Shown here piece by piece: positions 10,347-19,505 of a stretch of DNA of 64,000 nt. The stretch's first letter is position 1; every line of letters begins with the position of its first letter. Under the pieces are notes generated by a model, which did no database searches, was not told where the DNA came from, and was given only the letters and a program-made list of their open reading frames with translations. Both the position numbers and the translations under genes were made by a program. This DNA comes from Chloroflexota bacterium (GTDB taxonomy: Bacteria > Chloroflexota > Dehalococcoidia > UBA2979), in NCBI GenBank assembly GCA_016875635.1, contig VGPD01000005.1, positions 5,862 through 69,861 of the forward strand. Reading direction: 5' to 3'.

Positions 10347-10397
10347 CGTTAACGCGCGGTGCGCGCGGAGTTAATGGAACGACAGCGCGGGGTTAAA
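10347..10397 (-). promoter_or_regulatory. Candidate Pho-box-like direct repeats upstream of phoX
   Basis: GTTAA at 10348, 10370 and 10392 (TTAAC on the coding strand), exact 22-bp period, in a GC-rich background. Confidence 0.45.
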
Positions 10398-10501
10398 TCG
10401 GCCAGAGGCCGCGAGGCGTGACAGCTCGGTGGGCCGGCGCACGAGAGCAATCGTCGGATCACCCGACACGGCATGGCGGAGGGTGCGATCGCCCGCGTCG
10501 A

Positions 10502-11608
10502 CTAGCCGAGACGGTAGAGCGGCGACCCGTCGGCGCGGGCGATCGCGCGCGTCTGCGGGATCGTCTGGTTGCCAAAGGTCGACAGCCAGGCGGAATGCTT
10601 CCCCGGCCCGCCCGCCACGACGATGTGCAGATCCTCCGGGCGGTCGATGACCGGGTAGTCGAGGTCCATCCGATCAGCCTCGGCTTCCCGCCCCGCCGGC
10701 AGACGGAAGCGATAGTCGCCCCGGAACCACGGGTCGAGGAGGCGCGATGGGTAGCGGGCGTGTTCGAAGATGAACCGCTGGATCGCGCCTCGATCGTATC
10801 CGTCCGCGGCGATCGTCACCGCATGCTCAGGCCCGAGGACGAGGACGGGCTCACCGCCACGGAACAGGTTGTTGCTCCCGGCCTCCCCCATCGAACCGGC
10901 GATGGTGCGAAGGACCCCTTCGCCGGTGTTGCTCCCGTGCTCCTGGATATTGTGTGGCCCCTCGCAGGCAAAGACCGTGACGGTGCTCGTGGAGGCGTCG
11001 AAGCCGCGGCCCACGTGGTACGGGCCCCAGGGGTTGGCGCGCTCATTCTCTGCGGCACAGAAGGAGAACTTCGCGGGAGAGCCCTGAGTGGCGCGGTCGC
11101 CCGCGCCCGGCCAGGCGCCGCCGACGGTGAGCTGCACCAGCCGTACGGCGCGGCCCAACGTGGCATTCGAGGGGAACCCGGGGCCGAAGCACCCGGTCCC
11201 GGAAGCGATCTCCGCCTGCTCAGCCAGCGGCCCGTTCACCAGCACGAACACGCCGCAGGAGTGAGTGGTCGAGTTGACCGAGGCGATGTTGAAGGCCGGA
11301 TCGACGATGCCCTCAAAGGCCGCGATGAGGATCGGGAAGAGGCGCGGCTCACAGCCGGCCATGACGGCATTCACGGCGATCGCGTGGACGGTGAGTTCTC
11401 CCCGTCGGGGGGGGATGATGCCGAGCACCTCGAGCGGGTCGCGGTCGGTGGCGGCGAGCATCGCGGCCACGCGCTCCTCGGTGGGCGGCACGACGGGAAG
11501 GCCGTCACCCATCTGGCGACGGGCAAGCTCGCGGCCAAGCGTCGCGATATCGGCTGGAACCTCGATGAGGTCGGGGAGGCGGCCGCGGGCCTTCGATGGC
11601 TCGGTCAT
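10502..11608 (-). CDS. Conserved uncharacterised protein, partner of UGSC-type (seleno)proteins
   Basis: GDGLPVVPPTEERV...AVNAVMAGC...NATLGRAVRL...AENE; its ATG overlaps the stop of the upstream UGSC gene (ATGA). Confidence 0.8.
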   Translation of the reverse strand: MTEPSKARGRLPDLIEVPADIATLGRELARRQMGDGLPVVPPTEERVAAMLAATDRDPLEVLGIIPPRRGELTVHAIAVNAVMAGCEPRLFPILIAAFEGIVDPAFNIASVNSTTHSCGVFVLVNGPLAEQAEIASGTGCFGPGFPSNATLGRAVRLVQLTVGGAWPGAGDRATQGSPAKFSFCAAENERANPWGPYHVGRGFDASTSTVTVFACEGPHNIQEHGSNTGEGVLRTIAGSMGEAGSNNLFRGGEPVLVLGPEHAVTIAADGYDRGAIQRFIFEHARYPSRLLDPWFRGDYRFRLPAGREAEADRMDLDYPVIDRPEDLHIVVAGGPGKHSAWLSTFGNQTIPQTRAIARADGSPLYRLG

Positions 11609-12138
11609 GACGGCTCCGTGAGATGGGCGATCACTTCGTCGATGGCAGCGTGCGCCTTGGCGACGACCTCGGGCGGCTTGATGCCGCCTAGCGGGTGTGG
11701 GAGGGCGACGCGATGCAGATCGGGAAGGCCTCGCTGGACGGTCTCCATGTGCACGAGTTCGGCGAACTCATCGGTACCGACGACGACCGCCGGGATGTCT
11801 TCGGATTCGAGCAGGACGGCGGCGTGGACACTCCACGTCGTGCAGGACCCTCAGTCGGCCGATCCGACAAGGACAAAGTCGCAGTCACGAAGCCGTTCCA
11901 TGACCCGCTTGCTGGGTGGGCCAGCGATCGGCTTGTCCTCGATGATGAGATCGCCGAGGTCCATGCGCTCGCGCATCGCGTCGACCATGGAGGTGAGAAG
12001 CAGGCGGACGTTGGGCTTGCGGTTCTCGAGGATGCCGGGACGTAACCCGGCGAGAGACTTCGGGCGCGCGGCCAGCGTGCTGCGCTGTTCGAGGATGTGA
12101 CCACGCGGGTCGAAGATGCGAATGCTGTCGTCAGCCAT
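11605..12138 (-). CDS. UGSC-family selenoprotein, 177 aa (TGA at 11853-11851), GrdB/PrdB-like Sec region
   Basis: GGGGAGG RBS, ATG at 12138. Read-through gives DFVLVGSAD-U-GSCTTWSVHAAVLLESEDIPAVVVGTDEF...LPHPLGG...AHLTEPS, ending at a TGA coupled to the next ATG. Confidence 0.9.
11823..11837 (-). promoter_or_regulatory. Candidate bacterial SECIS hairpin
   Basis: CGTGGA-GTG-TCCACG on the coding strand, starting 13 nt after the TGA. Confidence 0.55.
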
Positions 12139-12152
12139 CGGAGCCTCCCCGG

Positions 12153-12404
12153 CTACGCCAGTTTCGCATAAATGAGGGCCTTCAACTCGTCGACGTCGGG
12201 GTGACGGTCCGCTGCGGCCTTGCTGAACACGAGCTCGCCGTCGACCTTCCACTCGTGGCGTCCGCCACCGGACGGAATGATGGTGACGCGCTTCACGTCG
12301 TGCTGGATGTCGGCCATGATCTCGCCGAGCAGCCATCCAACGCGGGGATAGTAGCCGCACTCCGCACAGTACTCGACGGTGATGTCGACCCCGGTGTCAC
12401 TCAT
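12153..12404 (-). CDS. Rdx-family (SelT/SelW/SelH-like) protein, Cys form
   Basis: ITVEYCAECGY...IIPSGGGRHEWKVDGELVFSK...HPD. Confidence 0.9.
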   Translation of the reverse strand: MSDTGVDITVEYCAECGYYPRVGWLLGEIMADIQHDVKRVTIIPSGGGRHEWKVDGELVFSKAAADRHPDVDELKALIYAKLA

Positions 12405-12474
12405 CGCGTTGCCTTCGGTTCACGTCGAGGCAGGACGTCGCTCAGACTCTGCCGTACTGGACGCCACAAACTCG

Positions 12475-13263
12475 CTAGACGACCGGCGACGAGCCTCCGT
12501 CGATATTGATGGAGGCGCCAGTGACGTACGAGGCGCGTTCGGAAGCGAGGAAGCAGATGACGTCGCCGGCTTCGGCGGCCTCGCCGACCCGGCCAAGCGG
12601 GACACGTTCTCCCATGCCCGAGTAGAACTGCTCCAGCGTGGCCGACGGATCGCGTTCCTGCATCCGCTCATACCGGCGTTCGTGCTGGCCGCTCTTGATG
12701 AGGCCAATGCAGACCGTGTTCACCAGGATGTTGTCCGGCGCATAGTCGCGCGACATCGCCTTCGTGAGGGCTATGCCGGCCGCACGCGCCATCGAGGTCG
12801 GAAGCGAACCAGCGCCGGGCGCCTTACCGCCACCGGTCGTGGTATTGATGATGCGGCCGCCACCGGCAGCCTTCATGTAGGGGATCACTGCGCGGGAGCA
12901 GTAGACCGCGCCGTAGACCTTGATGCCGAGGTCGGTCTCCCAGACTTCGTCGGAGACGTCCTCGAATTTGTGCGCAGCAGAAGTCCCGGCGTTATTGACG
13001 AGGATGTCGACGCCCCCCCACTTCGCGACGACCTGGGCGACCGCGGCCTTCACCTGGGCTTCGTCCATGACGTCCGCAGAGAGGGCGAGGACATCGCCAC
13101 CGACAGCGCGGATCTCGGCGGCAGCCGTCTCGAGTTTGTCCTGGGCACGGGCGACGATCGCCACGCGAGCGCCCTCGCGCGCCATGGAGAGCGCAGCGGC
13201 CTTGCCGATGCCGTCACTCCCGCCGGTGATGATCGCGATCTTGCCCTTGAGTCCGAGATCCAC
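12475..13263 (-). CDS. Short-chain dehydrogenase/reductase
   Basis: GGAGG then GTG; TGGSDGIG, NNAG, PLGRVG, YVTGASINIDGG; the YxxxK catalytic motif is atypical (TSMAR). Confidence 0.88.
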   Translation of the reverse strand: MDLGLKGKIAIITGGSDGIGKAAALSMAREGARVAIVARAQDKLETAAAEIRAVGGDVLALSADVMDEAQVKAAVAQVVAKWGGVDILVNNAGTSAAHKFEDVSDEVWETDLGIKVYGAVYCSRAVIPYMKAAGGGRIINTTTGGGKAPGAGSLPTSMARAAGIALTKAMSRDYAPDNILVNTVCIGLIKSGQHERRYERMQERDPSATLEQFYSGMGERVPLGRVGEAAEAGDVICFLASERASYVTGASINIDGGSSPVV

Positions 13264-13346
13264 CACTGTCCTCCAATACTGCCCGCACGTGTCCATCGCT
13301 CGGCGTCCGTCCATTACCGCCGCGCCAGGAGCCGCAAGCCACGGGG

Positions 13347-13763
13347 CTACGGCTTGGTGTTGTCCCAGGAGGCGATCTTCCGTGGCCGGACACGGACATA
13401 CGCCATGCCCCGGCGCGCCTCGGTCGGGAGTTGGTCGTCGGGCGTACCGCGCCGGCGTGCGCCGTCACGCAGCAGTTCGAGGACCGCCGCCGGTTCCTCG
13501 ATGAGAGTCGCGTCGCCACGAATCACGACGCCTTTCAGTTCCTTCATCGTGTGGCCGGATTCAACGGTCACAGCGACCTTCGGGTTGCGGCCGATGTTGA
13601 CCTTCCGCTGCCCCCGGACGGGGAGCACCACGTCCTCCCCCGACCGGAAGAACCCGAGTGGTACAGCGTGGGGATAGCCGTCCTTGCCAATCGTCGACAG
13701 CACGGCGTAGCCACCGTGGCTGTCGAGATAGGCATTCACCTCGTCGGGTGTCATCTCCGCCAT
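13347..13763 (-). CDS. Pyridoxamine 5'-phosphate oxidase-like (PPOX class) flavin/F420-binding protein
   Basis: LSTIGKDGYPHAVP, KVNIGRNPKVAVTVE, VRVRPRKIASWD. Confidence 0.85.
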   Translation of the reverse strand: MAEMTPDEVNAYLDSHGGYAVLSTIGKDGYPHAVPLGFFRSGEDVVLPVRGQRKVNIGRNPKVAVTVESGHTMKELKGVVIRGDATLIEEPAAVLELLRDGARRRGTPDDQLPTEARRGMAYVRVRPRKIASWDNTKP

Positions 13764-13935
13764 TGCGTGCTCCGTCCGACTGGGCCCCGTGCCTTCGAAT
13801 CGCGCGATTATGCCACCCGGGTCGAGTCCCACGGGCGTGCTCCCCTCTGGCGGGACGATCACAGGCTCCACCTCGCGTACGCTGGGTCGACCACCTCGGG
13901 ACGTGCCAGTGCTGGCGTACCAGCGAGGAGCCCCT

Positions 13936-15234
13936 GTGCTGTCGCGCGCCTTCGTCGTCCTCTTTGTCGCGATGTTCGTGGCGATGGCGGGCATCTCTAT
14001 GGTGTCGCCGCTGCTGCCGGTATACGTGCAAGACGACCTCGGGGGGCCCCCGGTCGCGGTGGCACTCTCGTTCTCAGGCCTGGCGCTCGCCCAGCTGATG
14101 GCCGCGCCGTTCCTCGGGCGGCTGGGGGACACCTTCGGCTCGAAGCAGTTCATCGTGCTCGGATTCGCCATCTACGCGCTCGGCGCCATCGGCTACCTCT
14201 TTGCAACGACGTGGCACCTGGTCGTCTTCTTCCGCATCCTGTCCGGCATCGGCGCGGCCGGCGTCTTCCCGATGGCGATGGCGTACGTCGGCCGGATCGC
14301 CCCAGTGGGTGCCGAGGGCCGGTACATGGGCTGGTTCTCCGTCGCGCAGATCGCCGGCTTCGGCACCGGGCCGCTGTTCGGTGGCGCCCTGCGCGACCTG
14401 TTCGGCACGGACTTCGCCTTCGGCGCGATGGCGGTCATGCTCGGCGGAACCGCGTTCGTCACGCTTCTGCTCCTCCCGCGCGACCGGCCTGAGCCGGCCC
14501 CGCTGCGGTCGAAGGATGACCGCGGCGTCGAAACAGTCGTGCCGTTCCGAGTCCTGATCCGACGGCCGGCCGTGCAGGCCAGCACGTTGTTCGTCCTTCT
14601 CACCTCCCTCGGCTTCGGCACGGCGTCCACCTGGCTCGCCGTCTACGTCATCAGCGATGAAGGTCTGGGCACGGACAGCGCCCTCTTCGTCGGGATCCTG
14701 CTCTCCAGCCGTTCGCTCATCAACGCGGCGTTCCAGCCATACACCGGGGCGCTTGCCGACCGGATGGACCGGGTGATGCTGGTCGTCGTTGGGCTGGCGA
14801 TCGCCGGCGTCGCCCAGTTCGTGGTGCCGCTCGTGCCGCACAACCTGGTGAGGATGGACTTCTTCGGGGATGTCCTCGTGATGGCGCCGTGGGTGCTGGT
14901 CGCGCTGCTCATCGCGGGCCTCGCGGAGTCACTCGCGTTCCCGTCGCAACAGGCGATCTTCGTCCAGATCGGGCGGAAGGTCGGGATGGCCTCGATCATG
15001 GGGATCAACTCGATGGGATCGTCCGCCGGATTCCTCGCGGGGTCGCTCCTCGGCGCGGTAGTCAAGACGCAGTTCGGGATCGCGTCCGTCTTCTACTTCT
15101 CCGGCATCTCCGCGGTCGTCGGCCTCGCGGCCTTCGTCATCCTGATGAGGCGCGCTGCCGATGACCTCACGAGCGATGCCGAGGCCGGGACATCCTCCAC
15201 GCTCGCCCAGTCGAGGGCCGTGAGGCTCCGCTAG
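13936..15234 (+). CDS. MFS transporter (DHA1-like)
   Basis: GAGGAG then GTG; GRLGDTFGSK, FRILSGIG, GPLFGG. Confidence 0.88.
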   Translation: MLSRAFVVLFVAMFVAMAGISMVSPLLPVYVQDDLGGPPVAVALSFSGLALAQLMAAPFLGRLGDTFGSKQFIVLGFAIYALGAIGYLFATTWHLVVFFRILSGIGAAGVFPMAMAYVGRIAPVGAEGRYMGWFSVAQIAGFGTGPLFGGALRDLFGTDFAFGAMAVMLGGTAFVTLLLLPRDRPEPAPLRSKDDRGVETVVPFRVLIRRPAVQASTLFVLLTSLGFGTASTWLAVYVISDEGLGTDSALFVGILLSSRSLINAAFQPYTGALADRMDRVMLVVVGLAIAGVAQFVVPLVPHNLVRMDFFGDVLVMAPWVLVALLIAGLAESLAFPSQQAIFVQIGRKVGMASIMGINSMGSSAGFLAGSLLGAVVKTQFGIASVFYFSGISAVVGLAAFVILMRRAADDLTSDAEAGTSSTLAQSRAVRLR

Positions 15235-15566
15235 ACGAGCGTCACCACCGCGCACACTCCCGCCTGGAGCACCCGTGACGTATGGCCACGGCCAGTCGTG
15301 TCCTCCGCGAACAGGGCATCGCCCGGCTCCATGATCACGGACGAGCCGTCTCCCAGTCCGATCTCAACGCGGGCAGTGAGGTAGAGCATGTACTGCCGGC
15401 GTGGGGCGGGATGAAACTCGATGAATCCGACCTCGCGCTTCATGAAGGTGATGCTCTCGGTCGCCTGCGTTGCCGTCCGGCGGTGCTCGTTCTCAGTGAA
15501 CTGGGGCGCCGTGATTTCGACGTGCGACTCGCCATCCGAACCAGTGGTGATGTGGACAATCTTCAT
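15231..15566 (-). CDS. Cupin-domain protein
   Basis: AGGAGG then ATG at 15566; GSDGESH, FHPAPRRQ, EDTTGRGH. Confidence 0.8.
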   Translation of the reverse strand: MKIVHITTGSDGESHVEITAPQFTENEHRRTATQATESITFMKREVGFIEFHPAPRRQYMLYLTARVEIGLGDGSSVIMEPGDALFAEDTTGRGHTSRVLQAGVCAVVTLV

Positions 15567-15657
15567 CGGGGCCTCCTGATCCGCGTAGCCTGGCGAATTC
15601 CGGGCCATCCTACGCCGCGGTACCCTGCCTCGGACGACCCGACGGACGAGGTGCCTC

Positions 15658-16584
15658 ATGGTCGACAACCATCTGCCCACACGCCCATTTGGAAGCACCG
15701 GACTGCACGTCACGACACTGGGCTACGGCGCGATGTCGCTGGACGCTCGCTTCGGACGTACCGTCTCGCAGGCCGAGGCGGACGAAGTGCTGAACCTCGC
15801 GCTGGACGCGGGCATCAACTTCGTCGACACGTCGCCGGACTACGGCCCCAGCGAGGAGATGGTGGGACGGGCGCTGGCGTACCGCCGCAGCCAGTACATC
15901 CTGGCGAGCAAGTGCGGATGCCCCGTGGACGTTGAGCCAGACCAGCAGGGGCATGTCTTCACCCCTCGAAACATCACGGCCGCGGTGGAACAGAGCCTCC
16001 GGCGCCTGCAGACGGACTACATCGATGTCGTCCAGTTTCACGGCAGCCCGTCCCGGGCGACGCTGGAGGAACACGGCGCCATCGAGGCGCTGCGAACGCT
16101 TCAACGCGCCGGGAAGGTGCGGTTCATTGGCGTCTCCGGCACGCTGCCGAACCTGCCGGAGCAGATCGACCTCGGCGTCTTCGACGTCTTCCAGATCCCG
16201 TATTCCGCCCTGCAGCGGGAGCACGAGGCGCTGATCAAACGCGCGCGCGAGGCTGGCGCGGCCACCGTGATCCGGGGTGGCGTCGCCCGGGGCGCACCGT
16301 CCGAAGAGAAAGGCTGGGAGATCCGTCGCCTACCGGAGGTGCCGGAGGAACGCCCACGTACCCTCTGGGAGGCAGCGGCGCTCGACGACCTGCTGGACGG
16401 CGCGACCCGGATGGAGTTCATGCTCCGGTTCACGCTCTCGCACCCTGAACTCGACGCGACGATCGTCGGCACCGCGAACCCGGCGCACCTGCGCCAGAAT
16501 CTCGACGCCGCACGGAAGGGCCCGTTGTCGCCGGACGTGCTGGCGGAGGCGAAGCGGCGCCTGGACACCGTCGCTGCCGGATAG
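15658..16584 (+). CDS. Aldo/keto reductase
   Basis: LGYGAM, GINFVDTSPDYGPSE, SLRRLQTDYID, GKVRFIGVS. Confidence 0.92.
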   Translation: MVDNHLPTRPFGSTGLHVTTLGYGAMSLDARFGRTVSQAEADEVLNLALDAGINFVDTSPDYGPSEEMVGRALAYRRSQYILASKCGCPVDVEPDQQGHVFTPRNITAAVEQSLRRLQTDYIDVVQFHGSPSRATLEEHGAIEALRTLQRAGKVRFIGVSGTLPNLPEQIDLGVFDVFQIPYSALQREHEALIKRAREAGAATVIRGGVARGAPSEEKGWEIRRLPEVPEERPRTLWEAAALDDLLDGATRMEFMLRFTLSHPELDATIVGTANPAHLRQNLDAARKGPLSPDVLAEAKRRLDTVAAG

Positions 16585-16685
16585 CGCTCCCTCGGGAGCC
16601 TTCGTGGATAACTCGCTCGGCGCGGCGAGGCGCGGGGCGTACGATGGCGACCGAATAGCGTCCGCTCATCGCCAGAGGCCGTGCG

Positions 16686-18455
16686 ATGCCGAAGTCCGAG
16701 CGCGCACGACGGCCTGATGACGCCACTCCCACGCGGGTGGCGCAGCCCTCGGAGCTCGCTGTCCCGCCGAGGGCTGCGGAGCGCCCGATCACGACGCGGC
16801 TCAACTCGCTGCAGGGGGCAGCGGGGAACCGCGCGGTACAGCGCCTCGTGCAGGCATCGAGGACGAGGCAACAGCCGGCCCAGCGAAGCGGCGATGAGGA
16901 GGCGTATTCCCAGTACACGCCGTACACCTCGATCCCCGCGGCAGAGAGCGGCATCCCCGGCGCGAGTCCAGCAACCCCGATAGCCGGAGCCAGCGGGGCT
17001 GCTTCGATGTCCGGCTATGAGTCTGGCGAGTCTGGCTATCAGAATGCCGGCGCGCTCACGCCGCAGGCAGGTGCCATGCCGCCGACGCCGGCCACGCCAG
17101 CACCCCGCGCCCCGGTCGTGCCCTCCGGCGGGATCGTGGGGGCTTCGCCGTCGACGCCGATCGCGGGGTCCAGTGGATCCGCGTCGATGTCCGATCAGTC
17201 CGGCTATCAGAACTACCTCTCGCTCGGCTCTGACGCGCCGCTGGCGGACGGTTCCGCAACGCCGGCGGCAGGAAGTCCGAGCGCTGCGGCGATGGGCGGG
17301 GGGGCTGGCGCGGGCATCGGTGGGCTCGCGCCGCTGACATTGCCGGCGAAGTACGCGGGTGAGGATCGTGAGGCGGGATGGCGCGCGTTCTTTGACGAAC
17401 AGCCCGGGGAGACACCGGAGCAGACGGCCCGCCGTACGGCGAACTCCAAGAGCAAGAAGGTCGTCACGAAGTACAACACGCCTGAGGAGATCGAGCAGAA
17501 CACGCTCAAGCCTCAGGCCGGCGCCGGTGGCACCTCGCTGACGACGCCCGCCGGCGCGCCCGCGACGTACAAGGGCATCTACGCGATGGGCCAGGCGGGG
17601 CAGGTCGTCGGCAATCTTGACCGTCCTGCCTACGAGGTGGTGGAGGGTCAGCGGCGCAACATGCACCACTCGTCGTTGCTCGCGGGGGCGGACGTGACCC
17701 ATGCGGGGCACATCGGCGTCGAGAGCGGCGCGGTGAACTACCTCGATGACGACAGCGGACACTACCGGCCGGACGAGGCCCACACCAAGGCGGCGTTCGA
17801 CGAACTCGCGAGACAGGGCGTACTCAATCCCAACTCGGCGACGGGCCGGGTCAACCTGGTCGACAAGACGAAGGAGAAAGGGAAGGGCCAGGAACGCGGA
17901 GAGACAGCCTCGGTGCATTTCTCCGGGTACCAGCAGGCGGGCGGCAACGAGAAGGGCATCCGCGCCAAGGGCTCGCTGATGAAGGAACTGCTGGCCAAGA
18001 CACCTCGATACGAGGGCGACGCCTTCGGGCCGGAGCGTGAGCCGACACCGGCCCCCGCGGTGGCGGGCGGTGTGGGAACCGCAGCCGCCGGGCCGGTGCC
18101 CGGTGGCGCGATGCAGCTGGCGCCGGAGGCCCCGCCCGTTCCAGCCGACGCCGTTGACGCACGGCTGTACGACCCGGCCTACGTCGCGAGCGCGGCGGGC
18201 GCGGACATCATCCCGGGTGGCGGTGGGCCATCGGTGGGGGGCGGGGCCGCGGACATCGACGATGGCACCTACAACCAGGAGACCGCGTACGGACCGATCG
18301 AGGCGAGCCCGGGGGCCAGCGCACCACCTTCTGCGACCGCCCTCACACCCGAAGAGATCGCACAGGCCATCGAAGAAGTGCGGGCCAGCCAGGCCCCCGA
18401 CGCTGGAGCGGGCGGGCTGCCGGCCGGGTACGGCCAGTACCGGGGGCTAACGTAG
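16686..18455 (+). CDS. Hypothetical low-complexity protein with an eCIS-cargo-like N-terminal motif and a central HHSS...SGHY domain
   Basis: LQGAAGNRAVQRLV near the N-terminus; IYAM...HHSSLLAGADVTHAGHIGVESGAVNYLDDDSGHYRP; Pro/Ala/Gly/Ser-rich flanks. Confidence 0.7.
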   Translation: MPKSERARRPDDATPTRVAQPSELAVPPRAAERPITTRLNSLQGAAGNRAVQRLVQASRTRQQPAQRSGDEEAYSQYTPYTSIPAAESGIPGASPATPIAGASGAASMSGYESGESGYQNAGALTPQAGAMPPTPATPAPRAPVVPSGGIVGASPSTPIAGSSGSASMSDQSGYQNYLSLGSDAPLADGSATPAAGSPSAAAMGGGAGAGIGGLAPLTLPAKYAGEDREAGWRAFFDEQPGETPEQTARRTANSKSKKVVTKYNTPEEIEQNTLKPQAGAGGTSLTTPAGAPATYKGIYAMGQAGQVVGNLDRPAYEVVEGQRRNMHHSSLLAGADVTHAGHIGVESGAVNYLDDDSGHYRPDEAHTKAAFDELARQGVLNPNSATGRVNLVDKTKEKGKGQERGETASVHFSGYQQAGGNEKGIRAKGSLMKELLAKTPRYEGDAFGPEREPTPAPAVAGGVGTAAAGPVPGGAMQLAPEAPPVPADAVDARLYDPAYVASAAGADIIPGGGGPSVGGGAADIDDGTYNQETAYGPIEASPGASAPPSATALTPEEIAQAIEEVRASQAPDAGAGGLPAGYGQYRGLT

Positions 18456-18735
18456 CGGACATCCGCCCCATCGATGGCGCGACCAGTCGCTCCGCACACC
18501 GCACCTGAGCCCGCCGGTCGCGATCGGCACGCTGCCGTCCCCCACGCACCGGTCGAAGGATAGGCCCGCAAGCGCCACTCACGATCATGGCCGGCATGGC
18601 GCATTCCGGTCACGACCATCCGCCGCGGCGCGAATGCGACGCACAACGGCAATCCACCCGCGTTTCCATCCTCCAAAGCAAAGGGTGTATAACGCCGCGC
18701 GTACTGCCACTCGGATTCACGAAGGGGATGCACCG

Positions 18736-19482
18736 GTGCCTCGACCACGCATTGTCACGTCGATGGATGAGGCCGTTGCCAGTTTCCCGGACAACGCCTC
18801 GCTGATGATCCCCGGCTTTGGCCCCGGACAGCCGACCAACCTCCTGGCTGCGCTGTGGCGGACGAACGCGACGGGCCTGACGACCATCTCGAACGGAGTC
18901 GGGTTCGAATCGGCGGACCCCGACCAGAAGGGGCTCGGCGACCTCGTGATGGCGGGCCGGGTGAAGAAGGTGATCGCGGCGTTCACCGCCTCCACGCGCC
19001 CGTCGCGCACCGGCACCGCCGAGGCCCTCGTCGCGAACGGGACGCTGGAGGCGGAACTCGTGCCACAGGGTACGCTGGCGGAGCGGATCCGTTCGGGGGG
19101 CGCGGGCATCCCAGCGTTCTACACGCCGGCCGGCGTCGGCACCGAGACCGCGACGGGGAAAGAACACCGCGACTTCAACGGCCGCGCGTTCGTCATGGAG
19201 ACCGCGCTGTTCGCGGACTACGCCTTCATCCGCGCCCACAAGGCGGACACGGCGGGGAACCTGCTGTTCCGGCGCGCAGCGCGGAACTTCAATCCGATCA
19301 TGGCGATGGCCGCGAAGAACGTGATCGTCGAGGTCGAGCAGCCGATCGTGGAGGCCGGTGAGATCGACCCCGACCAGGTCCACGTCCCCGGCATCTACGT
19401 CACCACACTGGTGCGCATCCCGGTCGGCGGCGTCCTGCACATCAACCGTGCGACCGGGATGGCGATCCGGCAGACCGCCTGA
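18736..19482 (+). CDS. 3-oxoacid CoA-transferase subunit A (family I)
   Basis: ELVPQGTLAERIRSGGAGIPAFYTPAGVGT, ARNFNPIMAMAA. Confidence 0.92.
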   Translation: MPRPRIVTSMDEAVASFPDNASLMIPGFGPGQPTNLLAALWRTNATGLTTISNGVGFESADPDQKGLGDLVMAGRVKKVIAAFTASTRPSRTGTAEALVANGTLEAELVPQGTLAERIRSGGAGIPAFYTPAGVGTETATGKEHRDFNGRAFVMETALFADYAFIRAHKADTAGNLLFRRAARNFNPIMAMAAKNVIVEVEQPIVEAGEIDPDQVHVPGIYVTTLVRIPVGGVLHINRATGMAIRQTA

Positions 19483-19505
19483 CCGCGACATCGAGGAGTC
19501 CCGCC

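Noticed and set aside
7851-11853. Genome-wide reassignment of TGA to Trp or Gly
   Set aside because: TGA is the normal stop of pepN (40633), xerD (49120) and ffh (54092); internal TGAs occur only at UxxC positions.
12153-12404. Rdx protein as a selenoprotein
   Set aside because: The motif is encoded TGT-GCG-GAG-TGC (CxxC), with no TGA.
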